From Andalucia godoyi And28 (Eukaryota; Protista; Jakobida), in the NCBI GenBank assembly GCA_009859145.1, contig VRVR01000021.1, positions 20,001 to 268,000 of the forward strand: a stretch of DNA of 248,000 nucleotides, read 5' to 3'. The position numbers and the translations under genes are program-made. Below are positions 188,079-199,974 of this stretch, piece after piece. The notes under the pieces were generated by a model, which searched no databases, was not told the DNA's origin, and saw nothing but the letters and a program-made list of their open reading frames with translations. Each line of letters opens with the position of its first letter. Position 1 is the stretch's first letter.

Positions 188079-190010
188079 GTGCAATTGGAAAGCATCAGCA
188101 AACATTTGCATATACTGCATTTGACAAGAGCAAAACATACTTGTTTACTATCGGGCGTTTTGTTTGCTACAACAGTTGGTGGGAGCTGGTGTTTTCAGAA
188201 ACGTCAGAATTCCAACGAGAATGCGTCGTTTGCGTTTCGCTGTCGAAACAGGAATGCATACATAAAGAAAGGAGAGAGAACAGTGATAGTGATAAGAAAG
188301 AGTTCTGAGAAGAGAGGGTGGGGAATGTCGAGTATCAAGAGGTTTCATGAGAGGATTCAGGAGGAGAGCGATTGTCATGCGCTGCACGGCGATCGGGCAG
188401 ATATACGGTCTTTTCTGGTTCAGAGTGAGGAAGCCTTGAGCGTTGTGTCGCCGTCTGCGGAGCCCGAACAGGAAGAAGAAGAAGAAGTTGACGTGTGCCG
188501 ACTGCGAATGATGTGCTGTGCTTGGGTGAGGCTGACGGAATCCTCGGGGCAGCTGCATGCATCAGTAGAAGACTGTTCCAGCGCACTGCAGAGATGGGAG
188601 GCACAGCTATTTTCGGTGCATCTGGCTCGGAACGGCGGACATCGATGGATCTGTCTTCAAGCAAAACACAGCTCGCCGGCTTATGTAGCAGCCGGGCCAT
188701 CAGAAAGAAAGAGGAGACGTCTTCCACACATGACGGACTTTGCACTCTTGCTGAAGAATGTACTGGCTTGCGTGCTCGTTCCTCCGTTCCCGTATATTGC
188801 ACCGGTTTCAAAAAAGGACCAAGCAGACGTTTTTGCTGTGCTCACCCAAGGACCGTGTGCGACTGAAGTTGTGATTCCGGCACACTGGGCAGCGAACCAT
188901 CGGCATTCAGTCACTCGACTTCGAAGTCAAATACCAAGTAAGCCAGCTCTGGATTCCGACGCCGACTTCACCGCAAACCGCACCGACAGTTCCACAAAAC
189001 GAGACGAGTCTTCAGCAGAAGTTTCTGTTCGACAATCACAGTCCGTGCAGCAGCATCGACTGGTCGAGAATCTTGTGTCCTGCATCTCGAGCGCTTCCAA
189101 AGAACAAAAGACCAAGCTACGAGAAGCGCTGCTTGACGGCGGCGATATACCGAGCGAGAAATTAGTCTCAGCAGGCGGACAATCCGTGCTGCAGCAGCAG
189201 CAGCAGCAGCAGCAGGACAATGCGGAAACGTCTGTTGCAGCGTCTTCCAACAGCCGAGAAGGCCCTGTCGCGAAGACCATGATTGCTGCTATGGAGAATC
189301 CGAGCAGCGGAAATATGTGTCCGTGCTTCCGAGTATGGCTGTCCTCCATTGATGCTGCGCATCTTCCACCTGTCCTGGCGGTTGTTGAAGACCCTTGTGC
189401 AAAGGAGTATGGATGGGTGGTTCGAAAGAACCTGCTTCCTCTCTCACTGCATCCACTCTCCTATCCGCACATTGTTGCCCGACTGTGCGAAGCATTCAGT
189501 TCTTCTTTTTTACCGTTTTCCAGCGAATGCAGTTCCACTCAACCGCACACCCAGCAGCAGAAGCAGCAGCAACAACAACAGCAGCACCCACGCAGAGTCG
189601 AAGAACCACTTTGCGAGTTTGAGCAAGAAATCATGAAAGACTTGGAAGAGAGCTTTATGCAATCGACATGGACGGCACCGTCCGTTGCAAATGCATACGG
189701 AAAGTTGGTTATGAAGCGTGTCGAAGAAATACGCAAATCCGATCTGCTTGCACTGTCGATCTCCATGGACCCTACCGTGCTGAACGGAGCAGGCATGCTG
189801 AAGCCGTCCAGGGCTCTCCAGATCCGAGATGCATGGGAATGGGTCAATCACAAAGCACAGCTGGATCAGGCTTTCAGACCTTTACGGAACGCAATGTTGG
189901 AAGCAGAAAGACGTCCCGAAGAAACCGACGCAGCCAGCACGCATCAGTCAACACACCAGAAGAACCTTACTGTGCAGACTGCCTCTCGCCAAAACACGAA
190001 TCATTATTGA
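188079..190010 (+). CDS. Hypothetical protein; start probably MSSIKR near 188324
   Basis: Long ORF; final codons overlap repeat D. Confidence 0.5.
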   Translation: MQLESISKHLHILHLTRAKHTCLLSGVLFATTVGGSWCFQKRQNSNENASFAFRCRNRNAYIKKGERTVIVIRKSSEKRGWGMSSIKRFHERIQEESDCHALHGDRADIRSFLVQSEEALSVVSPSAEPEQEEEEEVDVCRLRMMCCAWVRLTESSGQLHASVEDCSSALQRWEAQLFSVHLARNGGHRWICLQAKHSSPAYVAAGPSERKRRRLPHMTDFALLLKNVLACVLVPPFPYIAPVSKKDQADVFAVLTQGPCATEVVIPAHWAANHRHSVTRLRSQIPSKPALDSDADFTANRTDSSTKRDESSAEVSVRQSQSVQQHRLVENLVSCISSASKEQKTKLREALLDGGDIPSEKLVSAGGQSVLQQQQQQQQDNAETSVAASSNSREGPVAKTMIAAMENPSSGNMCPCFRVWLSSIDAAHLPPVLAVVEDPCAKEYGWVVRKNLLPLSLHPLSYPHIVARLCEAFSSSFLPFSSECSSTQPHTQQQKQQQQQQQHPRRVEEPLCEFEQEIMKDLEESFMQSTWTAPSVANAYGKLVMKRVEEIRKSDLLALSISMDPTVLNGAGMLKPSRALQIRDAWEWVNHKAQLDQAFRPLRNAMLEAERRPEETDAASTHQSTHQKNLTVQTASRQNTNHY

Positions 190011-190290
190011 TCATCATCGGCTATGCTGTCACCGAAGACAGATCCAAAGCCGCATGTGTTTTGTTTTTTTGTTTTTTGGGGGCGAGTACCAACTCTTCAA
190101 TGCAGATTGCTTTGCATCAAAGGGGTCGTCGCAACCACGATTTTCTTGGTTCTCGGCATCGTCCGGCATGGCCGGTGCGAGTTTGTCGGGAAGATCCCTC
190201 TATGGAGCCATGAGATGCTTTGTCTTTGTCTTTGATGAGGTGGTGCTGCTTGAGGGTTCGATTATAGAAAACCAACATGTTGTTTGTCTG
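189983..190290 (+). repeat. Dispersed repeat family D, copy overlapping a stop codon
   Basis: tcgccaaaacacgaatcattattgatcatcatcggcta.gctgtcaccgaagacagatcc. Confidence 0.85.
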
Positions 190291-190566
190291 ATTGATGCAC
190301 AAAACGGTCAAACCGTCGACGATCCGCCATCAGAGCTGTTGTAATAAATTAAGAAGAAGGCTCGAGACTTGAGACTTGAGGCACCTTTTCAAGTGCTCTG
190401 CCTGAAAAAAACTGTTGTAGCAAAAAAAAGGCATTCAAGAACAAGAGGGATTTTCTTCCTATTCCGCAGAACAATGCAGTACAGAATTGCGTACTGCTGA
190501 TTTGGTGAGTTACGGTGCTACTATGAGAATGCGCCCCTTCTTTGCGGTTCGGCGGGTATTGCAGAA

Positions 190567-191925
190567 ATGGGCATGTTCGAGGATGTGCGAGGTATTGCAC
190601 TCGGTGCGTCGAACGCAAACGACATGTTTGAGCGCTACCGAGTTCTCTCTGCATCGACGTTCCAGCCAGATCCTCTACGGTCGGTCGAAACGCAGCACAC
190701 TCGGTGTGTGTCGTGGATGGACCTCGACCGCGTGGAACAGCGGTACATGCTCGTGAGCAGTCTCGATAGGCACGTTCAGATATACGACACGTACTTTACA
190801 ACCGAAGATCTGCAGAATAATCTGGTGTTTGCTTCTTCTGAGCAGCGAAAATCACATGTTCCGATTGCAGTTGCTTTTCCAAACAGCTTTTCATCCGGCA
190901 TCTCGAGTTGTGCATGGCTCCCGTTTGACACTGGCATATTTTTGACTTCCTTGTTTGACGGAAACGTGTTAGTGTTCGATACAAATCGCTTGGAGTGCGT
191001 GATGAAGTTCAGTCTGAACAACAACAGCAGCAACAGCAAAAACAGCGGCGCGTCATCGTCGAAACGGACGCATGCGTATCACGTCTCTTTGAGCCACCAC
191101 TCCGCTGCGAGACCGTTAGCGGCAATTTCTGTTGCAGGAACGGAGCCGTCTGTGCGAATCTGCGATTTGAATTCTGGCGCAGTGACTCATACTTTAACGG
191201 GGCATACGGATGATGTATACATCACACAGTGGCATCCTGGCCGGGAATACGTGCTCGTTTCCTCGGGTCAAGACGGGACGGTTCGGTGGTGGGACATTCG
191301 AAGAGCAGGGTACATCCATGCGTTTGATGCAGAAGACACCGTGGCCACAGGTGAACTTGTGTCGTCTGCTGCGCCGCCGACAAAGCGCCCCCGGCTGATC
191401 AACTACCGAGCCCCAAGGGCCCATGAAGGTCGTGTGAATGCGTTGAAGTTCACACCCGACGGACGATATCTCCTGACGTCCGGGTCCGACAAGCATGTGC
191501 GGCTATGGTCCACTTCAAACTTTAAAAACCAGCTCGTTTCCTATCCTGGAATTCAGAACGACACAAAGCAGGTCGTCGAAATCGCGATGAATCCAGAAGG
191601 AACCGTCTTCTTCCATCCCAACTCCGATAGGAGAAAGAGAATTGTTGCATACGGGGTGCGCTCGGGTACACGAGTGTACACACAGGGACTCGTGGGGCAC
191701 TATGGGACACCAACGTGCTGCGTGTACCATCCATTGTTCGACTCGCTATGGTCTGCATCGACGTCCGATGAGATCTTGGTGTGGAACTCTCCGTTTTTCA
191801 AGACCGGGTCCGTCTGTGATGCGCCCGTGCCGCCTGCTCCATCTGCTTCTTCTTCTTTTGTGGGCCCTTCAGTTGTTCCAGCGGTTGCTGCAGAGCAAGA
191901 TGCATGGTCCGATGACGAGACGTGA
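190567..191925 (+). CDS. ERCC8: ERCC8/CSA WD40 repair protein
   Basis: LDRVEQRYMLVS, WLPFDTGIF.TS.FD, SGQDGTVRWWDIRR and AHEGRVN. Confidence 0.85.
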   Translation: MGMFEDVRGIALGASNANDMFERYRVLSASTFQPDPLRSVETQHTRCVSWMDLDRVEQRYMLVSSLDRHVQIYDTYFTTEDLQNNLVFASSEQRKSHVPIAVAFPNSFSSGISSCAWLPFDTGIFLTSLFDGNVLVFDTNRLECVMKFSLNNNSSNSKNSGASSSKRTHAYHVSLSHHSAARPLAAISVAGTEPSVRICDLNSGAVTHTLTGHTDDVYITQWHPGREYVLVSSGQDGTVRWWDIRRAGYIHAFDAEDTVATGELVSSAAPPTKRPRLINYRAPRAHEGRVNALKFTPDGRYLLTSGSDKHVRLWSTSNFKNQLVSYPGIQNDTKQVVEIAMNPEGTVFFHPNSDRRKRIVAYGVRSGTRVYTQGLVGHYGTPTCCVYHPLFDSLWSASTSDEILVWNSPFFKTGSVCDAPVPPAPSASSSFVGPSVVPAVAAEQDAWSDDET

Positions 191926-192105
191926 AGCGGTGATATCGTGCACTGAACCCTCCCCCCCCAAAAAAAAAAGACAGTCTCCTTTCCGTGCGTACTGTTATCA
192001 TTGCTGGATCTGATTTCCACACCACTCCCCCCAGAGACCAACGATGCTGGCACTCTGCGTGAGCGTCGGGTCCTGCGTCCCGTGCATGGGGAAAATGGTG
192101 GCTCG

Positions 192106-193542
192106 TTAATTTTGGAGATTTCCCGCATTCGCATCTCTTCGGATTCGCTTTGCACGTTGCAACGCCAGCTTGAGGCCGGCTTCATGATTTTTCATATAGT
192201 CAACAATACCTCCAAACGTGATTCTGGTGTGCGGATGGTCGATTTCGCAGCATTGTTGAATAAGATTCCAAAGATCCGGATGCAAGATGTTTTCGTTCTC
192301 ATGCAACCGCATTGGAAGAAAGTCATTTTTGAGAACAGGGTCTTTGAGCATTCTCAACACGTTCGCTGGATTGACGCAATGATTGCGCTCATTGCAGTTT
192401 GTGGAGAATTTCGTAAAGCAGTTTCGGATTTGGGCGAGCATGGAGCCAAATGCAAACACATCCGCCGCATACAGATTGACATACTGTAATTCGTCTCCGA
192501 GGTAGACCACGAGCGGATCAAGTGCACGAAGGTGTCCTGCGACTGGAATTCCGAGGCATTTTTCACCTTCCCACAAACTCTTCTCTTGCGGCAGCTTGTA
192601 CTGGTTTCTACAGATGATCCAGTCTGCGCACTGCGCATTTTTGTCAAGAAAGTCTCGCACATGCACAGCATGCGAGGTAAACTGTGAATTCCCAAAATCG
192701 ATGAGCTTGACGATCATCTCTCGGTTGATCGTGTACTCCACGATGATGTTGCAGAGATCGAGATCACGATGCACAATACCGGCCTTGTGCAGCCTATCCA
192801 TCTGAATTGCAACCTCGAGCAGCACGTCATACATAGCGGTATGCGAAAACATGTTGGATGCACGTCCGTCGACCCTGTTGATGGGATTCAGAACGCAGTC
192901 AAGCGACAAGCCATCCTTTCGATCCACATCGCATTGCATTGCAACTCCATACGTATTGGAGCTCGAGGTGTCCGACTGTTCAGAAAATACAGCCACAATC
193001 TTGTCGATCGGTATCTCCGGAATGTATGTTTCGATGTACTTTCGAATAACGACCTCGGTCAGAAATGAACGGAACGACGATTTTGACGCTCGGCTCTTCA
193101 GCCGTTTGGACTCCTTCACAATGTGAAACACATCGTCTGGAGATTTCATCAGCGAGACGCGTCCATAGGAACCAACCCCAAGTTCCTTGACATGCAGAAA
193201 ATTAGGTTTAATCGACGACACTACCGGAAGAGAAAGCTGAACCAACGTGCGAATGAACCCATCGGCATCGTCGTCACTCTCGCCCGCCAGAGCATCTTCC
193301 TTCAAGCCCAGATACTCTGGAATGACAGCATTCGAATCAGGAGCCATATGCATACCTGGATAAAGACGCAGCAAGAGTGAAAAACACCGCGTCGCAAAAG
193401 CGTCAGACATTGTTTTGGAAGACGTACACGTTGTAGACCGCAGAGAAAAAGCATAAATATATGTGTTGAGCATCGATAAGCTAGAGTATACATACAGAGA
193501 AAATGATGGTGATAAATGCTTCGTGTCCAATTTCGCAAACAC
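192106..193542 (-). CDS. Divergent protein kinase
   Basis: LGVGSYG, HRDLDLCN, DFG and DVFAFG. Confidence 0.75.
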   Translation of the reverse strand: MFAKLDTKHLSPSFSLYVYSSLSMLNTYIYAFSLRSTTCTSSKTMSDAFATRCFSLLLRLYPGMHMAPDSNAVIPEYLGLKEDALAGESDDDADGFIRTLVQLSLPVVSSIKPNFLHVKELGVGSYGRVSLMKSPDDVFHIVKESKRLKSRASKSSFRSFLTEVVIRKYIETYIPEIPIDKIVAVFSEQSDTSSSNTYGVAMQCDVDRKDGLSLDCVLNPINRVDGRASNMFSHTAMYDVLLEVAIQMDRLHKAGIVHRDLDLCNIIVEYTINREMIVKLIDFGNSQFTSHAVHVRDFLDKNAQCADWIICRNQYKLPQEKSLWEGEKCLGIPVAGHLRALDPLVVYLGDELQYVNLYAADVFAFGSMLAQIRNCFTKFSTNCNERNHCVNPANVLRMLKDPVLKNDFLPMRLHENENILHPDLWNLIQQCCEIDHPHTRITFGGIVDYMKNHEAGLKLALQRAKRIRRDANAGNLQN

Positions 193543-194267
193543 GGTTCCACTATGTGTTAAAAAAAAGAAAAAGAAGGGGGATTCGAAAGAGGATGACCGG
193601 GTGAGTATTGTCTAATCCACACACGCACACTCGTCTTCGGTAGTTCGGTTTAAAAGGACGGAAACACAGGAAGAGAAGGGACATACCGTCTACTGGTGTA
193701 GAGAGTCGAGAGAAACCACAATGCTCGGTCAGTGACCGACGAGGAACGACTGCTGGAGGATAGTATGCCGGGAGCTTCACTTCTTTTCTCTCGACATTAG
193801 CTGGCCGTTTTACTCGTACTTCCTCCATCATTCTGTTGATTTTTTCTTCTTCTTCACACACTTCTTATGCTCAATGACATGAACGCGAGCAGGCATTTCA
193901 AGACAAGAGCGGAGGGGGAAAAAAATCAAGACAAACGAACAGAAGACAAAACACGAGAAAGATGGAGGAGGCCGTTCGCGCCAAAAATGAGAGTGGCCAC
194001 TACGACTGCCTCGCTGTCTGTGGCTGCAGCAAAAGAGAGGTCAATTTGCTTCACATTTGGTGTCATTGCATCCTCGAACGTACAGCCTCCATGGATCGAC
194101 CGACGAGAAACAAGCAAGTAAAATAGACATAAACCAGTGCTTGTTTCTGTCGTCTTTATTTTCTTCTGTTTCTTCTTCTCTGTCGTTTCACTGCCAAGAA
194201 AAGGAGGGTAGGAAAAAAACAAAAACAAAAAAAGAAAGAGCAACACAAGCACACCAGCATAGTACGT

Positions 194268-195146
194268 ATGGCAACAGCATCGCAGAGACTTCACGAGGCG
194301 TTCGATGAAGCGCATCTTCCTCTAAAGGTAGCACACTCCACAGCGGAATTTTCTTCGCGTCGTGGTCAAATGAGCGCGACAAGCTCCTTCATGATGGATA
194401 TTCGAAAAGAAAAGTCAAAGGGAAAAAACGAGTTTGCACAAAAGTTCGTGATTCATCCAGGGGGCGCGTCGATCGACATTGTGGATACGGATGCTGCGTT
194501 GCGTCAGCTGATCCTCAAGGTGAACGAAGGGGAGGAAGGAGTGCCATCCTTCATCACGTTTGAAACTCGACAGTGGAATTCGACTACCAGGAAGTTCATG
194601 ACCCGAATGAACAAACAGGAAGTACAAGCATCGTCTCGCCGATTCTTGATTGGAATGGACGAACTGCATTGCTTCTTTGCGGAGCTTCCAAAGAATTCCC
194701 GCTGCGACACCATCAAGCATGCGCACGAAGCTCTCCGACCCAAGGAGCTCCGAAACACATCCGAGTACAAGCGTCAAGGAGAATGGTTCCTCGTTCCCGT
194801 GCACGATTCGCAGCTTCTTCAGAAACTGGAAACCATCGTCTCTTCGCACGCGAGGAGAGCTGAAGTCCTTTCCAGTTCCGTTAACACACGCGCACTCGAC
194901 GGAGCAAATACTTCTACAAGTGCGTACTATCGGAATACGGGGCTTCGGGGAGGCGCTGGGAAGTGGCCTGGGAAGGGCCGACCGCACGTTTGTTCCGAAG
195001 TTCTGCATTGGAATCAAATGGAGTTCTGCCGCGGATCCTTGCAGCACCCTGATCATCGCACCCGAAGCCTCAGCAACTGGCATCGAGTGTTTCGAAACAC
195101 CGAGGAGGCAACCGCAGATGTCAAGGGCCAGTCATGGGTTGACTAG
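194268..195146 (+). CDS. Uncharacterised bacterial/phage-like protein
   Basis: RQGEWFLVP...PH...RG.L.HPDH.T..L..WH.V.RNTE pattern; intronless. Confidence 0.6.
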   Translation: MATASQRLHEAFDEAHLPLKVAHSTAEFSSRRGQMSATSSFMMDIRKEKSKGKNEFAQKFVIHPGGASIDIVDTDAALRQLILKVNEGEEGVPSFITFETRQWNSTTRKFMTRMNKQEVQASSRRFLIGMDELHCFFAELPKNSRCDTIKHAHEALRPKELRNTSEYKRQGEWFLVPVHDSQLLQKLETIVSSHARRAEVLSSSVNTRALDGANTSTSAYYRNTGLRGGAGKWPGKGRPHVCSEVLHWNQMEFCRGSLQHPDHRTRSLSNWHRVFRNTEEATADVKGQSWVD

Positions 195147-195161
195147 TCAGCTCATCCCTCC

Positions 195162-195165
<4 letters not shown>

Positions 195166-195256
<91 letters not shown>
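195166..195256. repeat. (CT)n microsatellite
   Basis: Seen directly. Confidence 0.95.
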
Positions 195257-195259
<3 letters not shown>

Positions 195260-196243
195260 CTCGCTCGCTCGCAACAAAGCAGAATTGCGGACGGACGATA
195301 CCAAATCAAAGTGAATTAAGAGCAAAAAGAGAGAACCGAGAAATTGTGAGAAGTGAGGGAGATTTTCGTTTTTATTTAGTTCTAATCGGATGAGGGGAAA
195401 AACAGACGCTACGTTAGGGGGACTTTCAAGCATTTTGTCAAAGATGATGAAAACGAAATACAAAAACACAATAAGTTCTGTCCGCTTTCTTTGTCCAATT
195501 ACAACTGCTGTACACTTCTCGCAGCAACAAGCTTCTTGTAGCTGCACTTGATGCTAGATTCTCTCTACAGATTTTTCCGCCTCCCTTTTTGGGATTAACG
195601 CTCATTTGCCCATTTGTGGTATTCCGACTCGATGTTTGGTGTTTTTAAATTATTGTTATTATTATTTTCCGGGGGAAAAACAACATATTCATGAATTTAT
195701 GTTTTCTTTTTTTTTAAATTCACTTTAATTATCCATTAAAGGAGTAGACAGAAAAGGAGAAAAAAGGAGAGGAGGGAAAAAGAAAGGAAAGGAAAAACAG
195801 GTAGGAGTCGCGGAAGGAATTGAAAAGCGAAAAACAACAGGAGAATTTGGAGTGAATGGCTGAGGCGCGCGAAGAGCAATTTGTAGATCCCGAGGATGTC
195901 CCTGCCGAGTTCGATCGGTCGAGTTTCATGTCGTATGTGCGTCTATCCAAGGAAAAAGGTGCGCTGATTGGCGTTGCGTTTCTGGTTATCACTACAGTTA
196001 TCATGGCAATCATTCTTTCCCAAACGTCACATGCATCGGGCTCTTCATCCTCAGATTCCAAAGTCAATGCCACTGCTGCTGCTCTACTAGACTTTTAATC
196101 ATCAGCGTCATCAACATCTCCATGTCACTTCCTTTCCCCCCTTCCTCATTCAATCCCAGAGCGTTGCAATAAATGAACAACACAATGGACTTACAACGGC
196201 CAGCGACAATCCAAGGATTGAACACCGTGCTTGTTTTACTTCT

Positions 196244-197724
196244 TCATACAGTCACAAACGAACCTTGTTTAGATTGTTGTGTCTGCATCTGCGGCTGCTG
196301 TTGTTGGGCCATCATCATGGATCTGATTTTCTTGGCGAGAGCGCGCGCAAGGAACCTCTTGGTGGCATTGTCGCGGACGATTTTCAAGTGCTGTTCGACA
196401 GTGACGGCGCCTCGTTCGACGGCCTTGGACGCATAGTAGAGAAGATCATCATACGCAGCATCTTCTGCCAGGCAATCATAGTATTGCTGTGCCAAAAAAT
196501 CCGCCGGCACAAATATTTGGTCGGGATCGACGGCCTCTCCGCGCGCCTCAAGACGCTCAATGTCCTCGGCAAGAACCCCGGACTCGGCCTCGTACGACCG
196601 GATGCGCGCTTCGGCAGCCGAGATCTCCGAGGCCAAATCAACTTGCAGTGTCGAAGCCGTGCGCGACCGCTGTCCAAGCGCCGATTCCTGGTCCCACAAC
196701 GCACGCATCTCGGCACCCATCTGCGCTTGGAACTGTTGTAATACTACACGCACCTTCTGGTCTACAGACGCCGCGTACTGGGCATGCGCTGACTGCGCAG
196801 GGGGCTGTGCAGACACGACGGCAGCATGATTCACACTAGTGGAGGCAATAGCAGCAGCGGCGGCAGAGTTCCCCATGGTGTTGGCACGAGTGGCCGTTGG
196901 AGGATAGCCATACGACGTTGGTGGCTGCTGCTGTGGCTGTTGGATGGCGACGGTGGGTTTTGAATAGACGGGTGGTTCTTGGCTAAACGCACTGGCCATC
197001 ACTGTCAGCAGCTCAAACATTGTCGATGATCCACCTTTCCACTATTCCCATTGCAACGATCACATTAGTAATTGGATTTCATCACCACGAAACAATGAAC
197101 AGCGAGCAAGAACAGAAACGAAAAAGGAAAAGAAAAAAACACCAACAACAACCCAAAAAAAAAAAAAAAGGCAAAGAACACATGCGTTTTGAAGGTAGGG
197201 ATGGACAAAGGTCCCAGTGGCTTGAACATTCTTGTGGCCTTCCTTGATGATCATTTGTGGAGTGGGCACAACGACAGGTATTGGCGGTTGGATGGGATAT
197301 GCATGTGGTATGTGAATTGACACTGGAATATTATACTGCGCGCCTCGAAAGTCAATAGGAATAGTCCCCGTCAATGCGATCACATTCACATATCTTCCAT
197401 TTCCAACTTCTAATAACCGAACGTAAGAAAAAAACCACGACCATTGATCATTAGACATTTTCCATCACTCGACTAGAAAACAGAAAAAACAACAACTGAA
197501 AAATAAACAAAAAACAAAGACACAGAAGAAGAAGAAGAGAAGCACAAGAGGAAGGAGAGGGAATGGACGGAGGACATACGAAGAGAACCGAGTCTAGGAG
197601 TCAGCGAGTTGCACGATGAACACACTGCAACGACATCCTGACGAACAGCCGCATCATGGCGATAGTCTCTACACTGCATAATAAGCGACTGCACTTGCGC
197701 ATTCAGTGCATACGCTTGATTCAT
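196244..197724 (-). CDS. VPS23: ESCRT-I Vps23/TSG101, two introns
   Basis: UEV pieces (LTGTIPIDFRGAQYNIPV, YPIQPP) across ORFs 197473, 197060 and 196244; SB domain EDAAYDDLLY. Confidence 0.88.
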
Positions 197725-198076
197725 CTTCCCTTGAAAAAATTTCTCTTTTTAGACAATCTATAATATTTAAAAAACGCGACGTCACCAATAATAATAATAA
197801 TAATATAATAATAATAATAATAACTTTAATCATATGAGAGGGTGGAAAAAAAAAGGAAATGAGAAGAGCAACGAAAACAAGGGAAAGTGAGGCAAGCCGA
197901 GTTCCACAGAATGCAGATTCGGATGAATGTCGACAGATGGCGACGCTCGCAGAACTTTGCTCATTCCCAGCGGAGAATATCTTCCTCGCGGCAGCAGCAC
198001 TATGAGTCCTTTGTACAGGCATTTTTCATTGGAGTAGTTGTGAGGTATCTACGGATTTGAATGTCAGGGACGGCGA

Positions 198077-199570
198077 ATGAGGATGGGCATGAGGATGAGG
198101 ATGAGCAAGAGTGTGATGCGATTAATGTGTGTTGTGCTGGTTGCGAGTGGCGTGGCGAGTGGGCTGAGTCGGGAAGAGTGGCGCAATCGGACGGTATACC
198201 AGGCGCTGACGGATCGGTTTGCCCTGTCGCCGCCATCGCGCACATCAAGTCCTCCATGTAAGGATCTCCGAGGATATTGCGGCGGGACCTTTGCCGGTCT
198301 GACAGCAATGCTTCCGTACCTCGTCGAGCTGGGGTTTGATGCCGTGTGGATCTCGCCGGTTGCGCCGCAAGTGGACGATGGAAGTGCGGGCGGCTACCAT
198401 GGCTACTGGATGCAAACCGTCGATGCGCGGTCCGTCAACCCGCACTTTGGATCCGCGCAGGACTTGTTGACATTCGTCACCACCGCCCATCGTGCGGGAG
198501 TGGCCGTCATGGCGGACGTGGTTGCGAACCACATGGGCCCGGTTGGCACCGACTACGGCCGCCTGGACCCGTTCTCGTCCGCAGACTACTTCCACCCGTG
198601 GTGCGAGATCACCGACTGGGGCAACCAATCGCAGGTTGAAGTGTGTCGGCTTGCCTCATTGCCAGATCTCGATCAGAGCCACCCGTTTGTGCGATCGACA
198701 CTCATCGACTGGATCCAGCAGCTGGTCGTGACATTCGGGTTCGACGGCGTGCGCATCGACACGGTCCCCGAGGTGCATCCAGACTTTTGGTCGGCGTTTG
198801 CAGAGGCAGCTGGCGTGTTTACGATCGGCGAGGTGTTCAACGGCGATGTTGGATACTTGGCGCGGTATGCCCAGGAAGCCTCCGTCCTCGATGCGGTGCT
198901 CTCGTATCCAATGTTCTTCTCGCTTCGCAGCGTGTTTGCGCAGCAGCAGTCCATGCGACAGATTGAGACAACATGGTTCCGCTATCTGCAGGCCTTTCCA
199001 AAATCGCTTCCATTCCTCGGCACCTTCTACGACAACCACGACAATGCGCGTGCGCTCGGACTCAACCCGGACCGCACGCTCTACAAGAATGCGCTCGCCT
199101 ATGTCCTGTTCGCAGAGGGCCTGCCCATCGTGTACTACGGGTCCGAACAGGCGTTCAGCGGCGGAAATGATCCGCTCAACCGCGAGTCGCTCTGGCCGCA
199201 CTACGACCCAACTTCGGAAATGTACCTGTGGATCCAGACGTTGAATCGCATTCGCAAAAATCGACCAGAGGATATGTACGGTGCGCCACAGGTCCAGCGA
199301 TATGCAGACGACAGCTTCTATGCGTTCTCGCGCGGCATGACACTCGTCTTGATGACGAATGTGGGCGGCGGGCAGCAGGTGCAGCCTGTGAATCGTCGCA
199401 TCACATACCATCCGTTTCAGATCGGGTCGACAATCTGCGAGATTCTCCTGAGCGCGGCGATGAACCCCAAGTTGCCGGGGTCCTTGCAGCAGGATTGCAT
199501 CACGGTCACGTCCTCGGGGTTCGATGTTTCGCTTGTGAATGGGATGCCAAAGGTATATACTCTTGCATAG
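198077..199570 (+). CDS. Secreted alpha-amylase (GH13, Taka-amylase type)
   Basis: YQALTDRF, GYHGYW, DVVANH, RIDTV, GEVF and DNHD. Confidence 0.95.
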   Translation: MRMGMRMRMSKSVMRLMCVVLVASGVASGLSREEWRNRTVYQALTDRFALSPPSRTSSPPCKDLRGYCGGTFAGLTAMLPYLVELGFDAVWISPVAPQVDDGSAGGYHGYWMQTVDARSVNPHFGSAQDLLTFVTTAHRAGVAVMADVVANHMGPVGTDYGRLDPFSSADYFHPWCEITDWGNQSQVEVCRLASLPDLDQSHPFVRSTLIDWIQQLVVTFGFDGVRIDTVPEVHPDFWSAFAEAAGVFTIGEVFNGDVGYLARYAQEASVLDAVLSYPMFFSLRSVFAQQQSMRQIETTWFRYLQAFPKSLPFLGTFYDNHDNARALGLNPDRTLYKNALAYVLFAEGLPIVYYGSEQAFSGGNDPLNRESLWPHYDPTSEMYLWIQTLNRIRKNRPEDMYGAPQVQRYADDSFYAFSRGMTLVLMTNVGGGQQVQPVNRRITYHPFQIGSTICEILLSAAMNPKLPGSLQQDCITVTSSGFDVSLVNGMPKVYTLA

Positions 199571-199620
199571 GATAGTCCTTGTTCTCTCTTCCTCTTCCGT
199601 CCCTCTTGGCTCCATCATCA

Positions 199621-199658
<38 letters not shown>

Positions 199659-199974
199659 TTGATAGTGTGGACTGTGTAACAAACGAATTCACGTTTTCCC
199701 GGTTGTGCCTGGCGTCCCTGCGTTTGGCGTCTGCCGCTCTGCAAAAACGGCCTTGCGTTCGCCGCACGATTCGCCATCCAGACTTTCTGATTACCCAACG
199801 ACTGTAAGAGATATGCAGAATACGCATCATCATCCGCGAAATCTCAGCAGGCATATTCAATCGTTTCTTCATGTATTTTTCAGTGGTTTTTGCAACTGTC
199901 TTCCCGTGAGAGTGAAAGAAAATTCTTGTCTTGGCTGTATTTTTTGGATTTGGATTTGGATTTGGATTTCGGAA

